64,000 nucleotides of DNA from an uncultured Isosphaeraceae bacterium. Lineage in GTDB: Bacteria; Planctomycetota; Phycisphaerae; Phycisphaerales; SM1A02. The notes below the pieces were generated by a model. It saw nothing but the letters and a program-made list of their open reading frames with translations. It did no database searches and was not told the DNA's origin. A program made the position numbers and the translations under genes. Positions 55,829 through 64,000 of the stretch are shown one piece after another. Numbering within the stretch: the stretch's first letter is position 1; each line of letters opens with the position of its first letter. The DNA lies in the NCBI GenBank assembly GCA_964630505.1, contig CAZVVI010000004.1:8196-72195 (forward strand). The letters run 5' to 3'.

Positions 55829-57553
55829 TTATTCAGGAAGGGGGGTCATTTCGATATCTTTACCTCGAGCAATCTCGACTTGCCAATCAAATACGTAACT
55901 TTGATCTCCAGTCATGTTTGCGGGAATATTGAGATCCCATCTTAGGAGACCAAGGGGTTTTTCGGTACTCACGTACAAGGGATCGCTTGAAAGGGGTGTA
56001 TTCATATTTTGAAGAAGGACCTCAATTTCTTCGTTTCGTGAAACTGGATATCGATCCCAAACTTGGATTTCAATTGCTTCGTCATGACCATTTGAGATCG
56101 ATATTTGAAAGTCGTATACAGTTTGTTTTCCACTTGCAAACAATCCTGTTGATGTGGTTTCTTTTTCTAACAATATTCGAGTTGCAGTCACGGCTGGATC
56201 AATCCCTAGATCAAGCGGAAACGTTTCATTTGGAGCAATCGTGGGTAGAGAGGTTTTACCTACATAGTCACTGCCATGAAAAATAGATGCTTTTCCGGGA
56301 AGCAAAATGAAATCACTTGTGTTCGTCACCTTGCTTCGTATAAATGTTTTGTCTGTCAGCATTGGTACTGCGATTCGAAACAAGTTCGCAGTCGTTTCAA
56401 ACGCTCCAAGGGAGGTTGTTTGCTTATCTTCTGCGTTCGATGGAACGGTAATTGTGCGCGGTATGGAAAAACTCACTGCAGGTCCATCGTTGTTCACAGT
56501 AGCACCAGTTGCCCAAGCGTACGAAACGGAATTATCTTCAGATACGTCTAAGTCAATTCCTGCAACACCTGCTCTTCGGGACTCTAGACCAAGTCTCATG
56601 CTTGGTGCAGCACTAGGATAAGCAGCTGCTACTTTACTTTCTGGCTGAGGCACATAGACATCAACGAACCAAGGAGAAGGCATCGGGGGAGTCGTCGATT
56701 GTTGAGGTTGTGCAGTGGAGAGAACCATAGAAACTTCATTCCAGTTCTCTCCTGTTCGTTGCCACAGTTCTGCGTCATATTCAACAGTAATCCCCTCTCC
56801 TGCGTTGTTTGCTCGGATTGAATATTTCGGTTGCCAAGATGCATTTTGAACAAGATATGTCAGTTGCACTTGAACATTTCCCGCTTTCTCAACGCCAATA
56901 TCAACGACTGCATTTAGTTGGGTTCGTCGGTCTGATCCGAGGTTTAGTTTACGGTTGCGAAGTGTTCTTAGTTCCTCTTGTAATCTTGATTGTTCCAACT
57001 TGATGTTTGCTTGTCTCTCACTTAGCGTAGTCATCTTATGACCAATGAATTGAAGTTGTTGTTCTAATGATTCTAAGTCGACTGCCCCTTCGTGTTCATT
57101 GGATTGAGTGATGAGCGTGTTTAACATGGAAACCTGCATTTCAAGTGCTTCTTCATGAGCATTTGCGGTGTTGAGTTTTGCTTCGACTGCCTCAATCTCT
57201 GCAATGATCGCTTTCAGAAGTTCGCTCGTGTTTTTTGCAACTGGCATACTCGATGAGTCTACACCGAGCAGTACTACGCCCTCACCAACGCTCGCTTGAA
57301 CTGAATCGATATACACTGAAGATGGTAAATCACGGAAGTACACGGCGTAACCACCACTACTAAGGTTCAGATTTGCAGTCCTCGTAATAGCTGCTCTGTT
57401 TCTATACAACGTCACACTTGAAATTGTTCCGTTTGCATCTATTGGTTCCATCTCAATCGTGGACTGTCCAAGGGAAATCGGTGATAGAAACAAAACAGTG
57501 GATAGAAATGTACATGAAAAAGTAAATGTAAAAGATTGAATTGATGTTCTCAT
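55829..57553 (-). CDS. secreted DUF4140/DUF4139-like protein (MuiA 'mucoidy inhibitor' family type)
   Basis: 574 aa with a signal peptide. The N-terminal VTLYRNRAAITR segment, a central coiled coil and a beta-rich C-terminal half match my recollection of the TIGR02231/DUF4139 architecture. Confidence 0.55.
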   Translation of the reverse strand: MRTSIQSFTFTFSCTFLSTVLFLSPISLGQSTIEMEPIDANGTISSVTLYRNRAAITRTANLNLSSGGYAVYFRDLPSSVYIDSVQASVGEGVVLLGVDSSSMPVAKNTSELLKAIIAEIEAVEAKLNTANAHEEALEMQVSMLNTLITQSNEHEGAVDLESLEQQLQFIGHKMTTLSERQANIKLEQSRLQEELRTLRNRKLNLGSDRRTQLNAVVDIGVEKAGNVQVQLTYLVQNASWQPKYSIRANNAGEGITVEYDAELWQRTGENWNEVSMVLSTAQPQQSTTPPMPSPWFVDVYVPQPESKVAAAYPSAAPSMRLGLESRRAGVAGIDLDVSEDNSVSYAWATGATVNNDGPAVSFSIPRTITVPSNAEDKQTTSLGAFETTANLFRIAVPMLTDKTFIRSKVTNTSDFILLPGKASIFHGSDYVGKTSLPTIAPNETFPLDLGIDPAVTATRILLEKETTSTGLFASGKQTVYDFQISISNGHDEAIEIQVWDRYPVSRNEEIEVLLQNMNTPLSSDPLYVSTEKPLGLLRWDLNIPANMTGDQSYVFDWQVEIARGKDIEMTPLPE

Positions 57554-57580
57554 CTGAACCTCCTGGTTTGTAGAGCTAGA

Positions 57581-60565
57581 TTACTTCTTGTGTCGCCGAC
57601 CCATCGTTGAGAAAATACCAGCATCATGTAACAACGCTGCCACCCTCTCTTTATATTGCAAATCAGATTTCAGAATCTCATCTGTAAGCGTTTCTCTTTC
57701 TTCTTCAAGATCGAGATAACGCAGAGCGAGACCCGCTAAATCTGCATTTTCCATTGTTTCAAGGTATTCAAAGCCTTCGCGGTAGACAATTCGAGCAGCG
57801 AGTGATTTTGCCATCATCCATTGTAAATATGTTTCAGGCATTTTAGACCAGAGTGCATCTCCAACTCGATCTACAAGCACTTTTGGAAGATGTTCTAGTA
57901 CGAGCCTGCGAAGTTCTTGTTCTTGTTCTTCTGATAGGGAATCCCAATGAGAAATGAGTGAATCCGAAACTCTTGTCATGATTTTACTAATTTGAATACT
58001 CATCTCAGGCAACGGAGCATGTGGGTGATGTTGGTGTAATCGTGCTAAGAGTTCAGCTTCGCAGCGAGCAAGTCCACGCAACCGAACAAGGACTTGGTCC
58101 ACGAATTCTTCTTTGATTTCCATGAACTCATCTTCACTAAGTAGCATGCAAGCGCCGATTTCAAAACTAGAACAAATAACACCGCATTTGTTTGCAGAAG
58201 AGTCTTTCAAAATGAGTACTCCAGCATGAGACAATTCTCTGCGCGCATCTGGGGTGAGAAAGAGGTTCGCTCCTTCAACAATCAGTTTTGAACTTGGAGT
58301 GCCGTCTTCTTTGAGGAATTTTTTCCAATTTCCCCCATGAATTGTTGCAGGTCTACCCCCACAAGGGATAAATGCGTCGCATTCGATTCGGTCATGGAGC
58401 GTGTTGCGAAGATGGACACCCTCTGGGTCCTCAATTGAGGTGACGCTTCCGTGGGTACTAAGTTTCGATTTGTCAAAATCTGCGATCGGAAGACCGTTGA
58501 TAAACAACCGTAACAATTCTTCGTGATCAAGTCCATCTGGGTCTTCGCCACAGCCGGAACCATCTGCTATTCCAACGATCTTTGCATGATCGCCATACTC
58601 GCGTTCTAAAATGCGAATGCCATTCCCTGCTACATCTCCATCTGGTCCACCTGTAATTTTGATTGTGAACTCATCTTCATCTGGATTGATACCGATTGAC
58701 CGAAGGGCAGTGTCAAGGAATACAACAACGCCTTCGCTTGTAACACCGTAATCTTTATGGTTAATTCCAGCGCCCGGTTTTGAACTCATCAGCGCCGAAG
58801 GCATGGGGTATCCTCGCCGTCGAGCTCTATCGACCACCCAATCAATCAATTTTGGAGTTATATTTTCATCAGGACCAAGATAAATTAATTCTTGATGGTG
58901 TAGATGATCAACAATCTGAGCCCGCGTTTTTTCATCAGGAGTAATCAAGTCAAGTATTGAATTGACAAACGCTTTGACACTTCTGCTTACTCTCCCGTTT
59001 GGATGGACGAGAATTGCAGCCTTTGAGCCACCTTCAGGAATATCCTTGTTCTTCAATTGTTGTGCGAAAGCCAAATTGTACCCCTCGTCGTACAAGCGCT
59101 CTTGCTCACGGGCAAACTGTTCAACTCCTTTGGGGTGTATTGCCCGAACACCACCGCGTGCAATGTCACGGAACCGTACGTGGAAGCCATTGAAGTCTCG
59201 TCCATGTACGAAGAAAACTCCAAAAGGACATGTAGATCGTTCTGTTGTCGTGAGCAAATCAGGGTCAATTCTCATAGACAACGCGTACCGGTCTTCAATA
59301 AACAAGTTCGTTCGTTTTACAGCATCAACTGCATCGACCATCTTTCGAAACATCGTTCGAGCATCTTCAAGATCAACTGTATTTTCGATTCGTTCCAAAA
59401 TGGCATCGCGTTGCGATTCATATTGTGAATCTGACAATGGTTTTTCTGGGTTGAAGCGATCGCTAAAAAGTTGAGCGATAGAGACAGTCATCAAAATATT
59501 TTCACGTGCAAGTGTGTTGAGCCGAGTTGGGTTGAATGCGTATGGGTTTTTCTTCACAAGTGATTGGTAGATTAAATCGAGAAGAGCTGTGACGATTTCG
59601 GCACTTGTTAGTGTGAGTTCTGGAATGTCATATCCAAGTTCGACTGTTCTAGGGTCAAGCCACTTCAGCCGGAGTAAATCTGCACGGGTTTCTTTCCAAA
59701 GCGTGCTCTCTTCATCAATCGGACCACCGTCGGGACCTTGCACAACGCAACCAACGAGTGTAATCCAACCATTGGCACCATCTTCAACACTATCAAGGTA
59801 TGCTCGATGGATGTTAATATCTGATTTACTGAGTCTTGTTGCAAGTCGTTGTAACATTGATCGTCTTGTGGAATTGCTGACTGCGACAATGATACGACTT
59901 AGTGTCGGATCACTCTCTCGTTCAAGGGCAACGGTGGTTCCATCAGTGCCTGTTAATCGCTGAAAGAGTTGCCAATGTTTAGCGATTCGAAGTGGAGTAA
60001 TTGTAAGTGCATAATCTTCTGAGCAAGATGCATAGTATTCTCGGATTTGTTCTTCAGTCCATTGAGGAACATGTTCTCTTGCGTAATCAAGAGTCTGTTC
60101 AACTCTTGTTGCGTATTCTGGGTGTTCTGTGGAGAATGGTTCAGGAATACCAAATTCGAAGGTGTCGAGAACCAAGTTTCCATCGCCTGCAGTATGAATT
60201 TTTGCAGCACGTAAAGTTTGGTCCCACGGTAATTCTTCCATCAATTCAGCGAGAACTCCCGGATAGTCGTGAGGTCGCATGAATGTCCATTCAGAAGCAT
60301 CATCAGCCCTCAATGTTAGTTCGATTGGTCTTCCCGATGCTTTTTCTGCAATGATTGCTCGCAGGTGGGCAAGTTGAGTTTCTTCATCTGTATCTTGAAA
60401 ATACATCAAAGGCATTTGTTCAAGGAACCAAGGAACAGTTTCTTCTGCAGTTAATCGAAGACTATTGGTTACTTTTTCGATGATCCCTGCTGGGTTTTCA
60501 GGCTTACTACCGATAGGTTGCTTTGATTGGGTTGCCATTTGCGTATTAGAACCGTTTGGAGTCAT
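57581..60565 (-). CDS. large (about 110 kDa class) NAD-specific glutamate dehydrogenase
   Basis: 994 aa. The central ELFV dehydrogenase core has DIPEGGSKAAILV and the dinucleotide loop ITGGPDGDVAGN, resembling yeast GDH2-type large GDHs, with long N- and C-terminal extensions. Confidence 0.72.
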   Translation of the reverse strand: MTPNGSNTQMATQSKQPIGSKPENPAGIIEKVTNSLRLTAEETVPWFLEQMPLMYFQDTDEETQLAHLRAIIAEKASGRPIELTLRADDASEWTFMRPHDYPGVLAELMEELPWDQTLRAAKIHTAGDGNLVLDTFEFGIPEPFSTEHPEYATRVEQTLDYAREHVPQWTEEQIREYYASCSEDYALTITPLRIAKHWQLFQRLTGTDGTTVALERESDPTLSRIIVAVSNSTRRSMLQRLATRLSKSDINIHRAYLDSVEDGANGWITLVGCVVQGPDGGPIDEESTLWKETRADLLRLKWLDPRTVELGYDIPELTLTSAEIVTALLDLIYQSLVKKNPYAFNPTRLNTLARENILMTVSIAQLFSDRFNPEKPLSDSQYESQRDAILERIENTVDLEDARTMFRKMVDAVDAVKRTNLFIEDRYALSMRIDPDLLTTTERSTCPFGVFFVHGRDFNGFHVRFRDIARGGVRAIHPKGVEQFAREQERLYDEGYNLAFAQQLKNKDIPEGGSKAAILVHPNGRVSRSVKAFVNSILDLITPDEKTRAQIVDHLHHQELIYLGPDENITPKLIDWVVDRARRRGYPMPSALMSSKPGAGINHKDYGVTSEGVVVFLDTALRSIGINPDEDEFTIKITGGPDGDVAGNGIRILEREYGDHAKIVGIADGSGCGEDPDGLDHEELLRLFINGLPIADFDKSKLSTHGSVTSIEDPEGVHLRNTLHDRIECDAFIPCGGRPATIHGGNWKKFLKEDGTPSSKLIVEGANLFLTPDARRELSHAGVLILKDSSANKCGVICSSFEIGACMLLSEDEFMEIKEEFVDQVLVRLRGLARCEAELLARLHQHHPHAPLPEMSIQISKIMTRVSDSLISHWDSLSEEQEQELRRLVLEHLPKVLVDRVGDALWSKMPETYLQWMMAKSLAARIVYREGFEYLETMENADLAGLALRYLDLEEERETLTDEILKSDLQYKERVAALLHDAGIFSTMGRRHKK

Positions 60566-60601
60566 CTATTCAATACACATTGATTTCGATTTCCGAATAT
60601 C

Positions 60602-61528
60602 GTGCACTCTTTCCAAAGGAATGAGATTACTGTGAATATCGCAATATCAATAGGCAATTTTGACGCAGTCCACCTTGGGCATCTCGCATTGGTCGAACAT
60701 GCCAGAAAAGCAGTTGGAGAGAGTGGTCGGGTCGAAATGTGGAGTTTTGATCCCCCACCGGTATCAATCTTAGACCCGACAATTCAAATCAACCATATCA
60801 CGACGTTTTTACAACGAAAAGCGTTGTTAATCAATGCGGGTGCTGATGATGTCATCAAAATTACACCATCTGAAGAATTGCTTGGACTTGAACCTCAGAA
60901 ATACATTGAGAACGTGATGCTTGATGTGTCACCTAACTATTTTGTTGAGGGTGTCGGATTTCGATTTGGTAGAGAGCGTAAAGGTGATCTTAACTTATTG
61001 AAGTCTTTGGGTCTAAAACATCAATTTGAATGTATAGAGGTTCAGAGTGTAGAAGTTGTTCTTCAAGATTCAACGGTTACAAAAGCAAGCAGTTCATTCA
61101 TCCGTCAATTATTACTAGAAGGTAGAGTTGCAGATGCGTCTTTAATGCTTGGTCGACAATATGAACTCACTGGAACCGTGGTTAAAGGCGATTGTAAAGG
61201 AAGAGAACTCGGTATACCAACAGCAAATCTTGGCAACGTGCAAACGATGCTTCCAGCAGATGGAATTTACGCAGGTACTTCAATTGTTGATGGAATCCCA
61301 TTCGCTGCTGCAATCAGCGTCGGAACAAAACCTACTTTCGGAACGCATGAAAGGGTATGCGAAGTCCACCTTGTTGGATTTAATGGTGAAATAGGTGAGT
61401 ATGATTGGTCATTGACTGTTTCTTTTTCTCACTGGATACGAGAGCAAACGAAGTTTGATACCATCGAAGCACTTACAATTGCAATTCAACAAGATATTGA
61501 ACAATCGAAGAAACATTTCAAGAGATAG
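60602..61528 (+). CDS. ribF: bifunctional riboflavin kinase / FMN adenylyltransferase
   Basis: 308 aa. GNFDAVHLGH in the adenylyltransferase part and GTVVKGDCKGRELGIPTANL in the kinase part. The exact start is uncertain (GTG 60602 or GTG about 60632). Confidence 0.9.
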   Translation: MHSFQRNEITVNIAISIGNFDAVHLGHLALVEHARKAVGESGRVEMWSFDPPPVSILDPTIQINHITTFLQRKALLINAGADDVIKITPSEELLGLEPQKYIENVMLDVSPNYFVEGVGFRFGRERKGDLNLLKSLGLKHQFECIEVQSVEVVLQDSTVTKASSSFIRQLLLEGRVADASLMLGRQYELTGTVVKGDCKGRELGIPTANLGNVQTMLPADGIYAGTSIVDGIPFAAAISVGTKPTFGTHERVCEVHLVGFNGEIGEYDWSLTVSFSHWIREQTKFDTIEALTIAIQQDIEQSKKHFKR

Positions 61529-61543
61529 AAAGACTTTTACGAT

Positions 61544-62566
61544 ATGACTCCAAACACAGATGTCTATGAATCGACGACAAGTTATGCCGCAATCGCAGAA
61601 CGAATTCATAAAGCGAATCGAATTGTGGTGACAACACACCGTAAGCCAGATGGTGATGCGCTCGGTTCAGTTGTGGGTCTTTGCAGAGGGTTGCAAAGTA
61701 TTGGAAAAGAAGTCGAGAATATTTTTATTGGTCCTATCGAGCACGGTTTAAAACTTGCTGCTGGTGAAATTGAACTCCGCTTGCTCGACGAAGTTGGTTT
61801 GCCTACAGAAGAACCAGATTTAATTATTGTTGCAGATACGGGAGCGTGGGCTCAACTTGAAGCACTTGCATCTTGGATACGCGAACGGAAAGAGATTGTT
61901 GTCGGGCTTGATCACCATGCCAATGGAGACGAAGTTGCTCCAGATCGGATTGTCGATGTATCAGCAGCAGCATGTACACAAGTGGTCATGGCGCTGTTTG
62001 AAGAGATGAACATCGATTTGGGAAGGGGCCGAGGTTCAATCGCTGAAGCATTGTTTATAGGTCTTGGAACCGACACTGGTTGGTTTAGATTTTCGAATGC
62101 TGATGCACGGTGTTTTGCTGACGCCTCTTTGTTGCTTGAACATGGTATCGATAGGTACCAACTCTATAGAGTTCTTGAAGAAACTGCGAGACCAGCAAGA
62201 ATAGAGTTATTGCAACGTATGCTCTTAAGTATTGAATATGTAGGTGCAGTTGCAATAATGACACTGCGTAGTGCAGATTTTCACGAAACAAATGGTTCAA
62301 GTACAGATATTGTTGGGTTAGTAAACACCCCATTGGTTCTTGAACACATTCAAGCAGCAGTGTTGTTAACAGATAGTGATCCAAGTGTTACAAAAATGAG
62401 TTTTCGTTCAAAGCCAAGTATGCCAGATGACCCAACCTCCTTGATTGATGTCAATGTACTTGCTGGTCATTTTGATGGTGGGGGTCATGTACACGCTGCT
62501 GGTGCGAGAGTTTTTTCCTCATTAGAAGAGGTGAAAACACGGCTTATTGATTTAGTTAAGCCGTAA
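61544..62566 (+). CDS. nrnA: DHH/DHHA1 phosphoesterase (NrnA-type oligoribonuclease / pAp phosphatase)
   Basis: 340 aa. Motifs HRKPDGDALGS, ADTG, LDHHAN and the C-terminal GGGHVHAAG. Confidence 0.85.
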   Translation: MTPNTDVYESTTSYAAIAERIHKANRIVVTTHRKPDGDALGSVVGLCRGLQSIGKEVENIFIGPIEHGLKLAAGEIELRLLDEVGLPTEEPDLIIVADTGAWAQLEALASWIRERKEIVVGLDHHANGDEVAPDRIVDVSAAACTQVVMALFEEMNIDLGRGRGSIAEALFIGLGTDTGWFRFSNADARCFADASLLLEHGIDRYQLYRVLEETARPARIELLQRMLLSIEYVGAVAIMTLRSADFHETNGSSTDIVGLVNTPLVLEHIQAAVLLTDSDPSVTKMSFRSKPSMPDDPTSLIDVNVLAGHFDGGGHVHAAGARVFSSLEEVKTRLIDLVKP

Positions 62567-62641
62567 ATGCAAGCAAGTCAGAGATGCTCGCGTACAATTC
62601 GATTGTTGTTAACGGGTACAAAAAGGTGATACAAAGAGTAC

Positions 62642-64000
62642 ATGGAACAGTTACATCAAATACATCAAATCATCAGCAATGCTAGATTGAGAATGCAATT
62701 CAATAGAGTTCTCAAGAAGAGCGTGAAGTTTCTGTTTTCACTCGTATGTTTCTTATTGTTAATGACCGTTGTTGATCGCATTGGCTCCGAGCGATTTGTA
62801 CCTTGGAACATTGTGTGGATTGTTTCTGGATTTTATATTGCACTCACTGGAATTTCACTTTGGTTTTCTTCTCCTGTCTCTACAATCGAAGCAGCTGCGG
62901 AGATTGATCATCGATTGCATCTTCAAGACCGTATTTCTTCTGCAATTTCATGTGAAGACTCAGCAACTCCTTTCAGTTATGCGGTGATAGAAGATGCAAT
63001 AGAAACCACACAAGAAAACGATGTCCAATCAAACATCTCTACGTATTTTCCACTCTCAATACCAAAAGAATACAGTGTGATTGCAATAGTTGGATTGATT
63101 GCTGCGGCAATGTTGTGGACAGGACAATGGGGTTTATGGAGTCAAAACAATCAACAATCTCCAGATGGATTAATCACATCAAACGAAAACATAGAATCAT
63201 CAATAGAAGCTGTTCTTGAACAACTTGAAAACGATGAGTTGCTTAGTGAATCTCTCAATGAGGAACTGTCAGAATTAGCATCAACTCAAGCGAACAATAC
63301 TACTCTAGATACAGAAACACTAAGACGAGAGGCATTGCGAAAAATAACAGATGTTCAAAAAGGTCTAGAAGAGCTACTTCAAGATGAAAACGCTTTTGCG
63401 TATGAAGAAATGCGTCGCCGCATGCAATCACTAAAAATGCCACAGCAAACATCTGTCCAGCCGATGGTCGCGGATCTTAAGAACGCCAATTTTGACAAAG
63501 CGAAAAAAGAATTTGAACGACTCGGGGAAGAAATGGAATCTTCAGAATTGTCGGAAGAAGAACGGAAAGAACTCGCCAAAGCATTTGAGAATCTAGCAAA
63601 ACAATTAGAACAACTGTCAAAATCAAATGAAGAGTTCGCTTCAGCCTTATCAGCAGCTGGTCTGAATGGAAATTTTGCCAATAACCCTGACGCAGCGATG
63701 AAAGCAATTCAGAACGCAAAAGATTTAACTGAAGAGCAAAAGAAAAAGTTACTTGAACTCCTTAAGGCACAACAACAGGCAGCGAAAATGTGTAAGAACA
63801 TGAGCAAGGGCTGCAAACAATGTGCAAGCGGTAAAGCAGGCGAAGGCATGGGAAGCGAGATGGGCAGACTTGCTGCGATGCAAATGTTCAAAAAACAAGC
63901 GGAAATGGCAAAACGTACTTGTCAGAATGCAGCGCAGGGGATGTGCAATAGTTCTAGCAATTCACCTAAGCCGGGAACCTCAGGGCAGGGAATGGGGAGC
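62642..64000 (+). CDS. membrane-anchored coiled-coil hypothetical protein, partial (runs off the window end)
   Basis: I translated the frame codon by codon from 62942 to 64000 without finding a stop. The first 100 codons, from the ATG at 62642, were translated less rigorously. Two predicted TM helices near the N-terminus, a long Glu/Lys/Gln-rich helical region, then a Cys/Gly/Met-rich stretch (CKNMSKGCKQCASGKAGEGMG). Confidence 0.55.
   Translation, partial: MEQLHQIHQIISNARLRMQFNRVLKKSVKFLFSLVCFLLLMTVVDRIGSERFVPWNIVWIVSGFYIALTGISLWFSSPVSTIEAAAEIDHRLHLQDRISSAISCEDSATPFSYAVIEDAIETTQENDVQSNISTYFPLSIPKEYSVIAIVGLIAAAMLWTGQWGLWSQNNQQSPDGLITSNENIESSIEAVLEQLENDELLSESLNEELSELASTQANNTTLDTETLRREALRKITDVQKGLEELLQDENAFAYEEMRRRMQSLKMPQQTSVQPMVADLKNANFDKAKKEFERLGEEMESSELSEEERKELAKAFENLAKQLEQLSKSNEEFASALSAAGLNGNFANNPDAAMKAIQNAKDLTEEQKKKLLELLKAQQQAAKMCKNMSKGCKQCASGKAGEGMGSEMGRLAAMQMFKKQAEMAKRTCQNAAQGMCNSSSNSPKPGTSGQGMGS

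Overview
Housekeeping-dense chromosomal window with about 47 protein genes and one tRNA-Pro(UGG). I found no rRNA, CRISPR array, IS element, integrase or prophage signature. Genes are tightly packed, and many adjacent genes overlap by 4 nt. Recognisable content: a peptidoglycan block (murC-murB-ddl plus an FtsQ-like gene), cardiolipin synthase, a sigma-54 enhancer-binding response regulator, and a stand-alone operon of four prepilin-type minor pseudopilins. Also present: LptF/LptG-family permeases, fliW-csrA, pgi, sulfur amino-acid enzymes (CBS, cystathionine gamma-lyase family, a methionine gamma-lyase-like enzyme), ruvB, rnd and groES-groEL (with a small inserted ORF). The remainder includes asnS, a 1146-aa S8 protease and a 1313-aa beta-helix/FG-GAP protein (both ending in dockerin-like modules), a YdiJ-like FAD/Fe-S oxidase, nuoA, dcd-nrdJ, pcrA/uvrD, queG, a large NAD-glutamate dehydrogenase, ribF and nrnA. 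Taxonomic inference only: a prepilin-leader DUF1559-like protein, dockerin-tailed giant secreted proteins and a division/cell-wall cluster that stops at FtsQ without ftsA/ftsZ suggest an AT-rich Planctomycetota-like (possibly Phycisphaerae-like) genome. I found no clear multi-gene novel system such as a defence island. The most interesting signals are small and mostly non-coding: (1) a GC-rich, GGA-dense structured leader before fliW-csrA, plus a GGA hairpin at the csrA start; (2) a hairpin with identical 11-nt arms at two distant loci; (3) unannotated small ORFs wedged into the groES-groEL and nrdJ operons; (4) tandem NrdR-box-like sites upstream of dcd-nrdJ; (5) a 29-nt perfect palindrome in the divergent promoter region between asnS and the receiver-groESL operon; (6) the orphan I-J-K-H pseudopilin operon with an oversized K-like protein. 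All protein family calls come from motif recognition by eye and need database confirmation.
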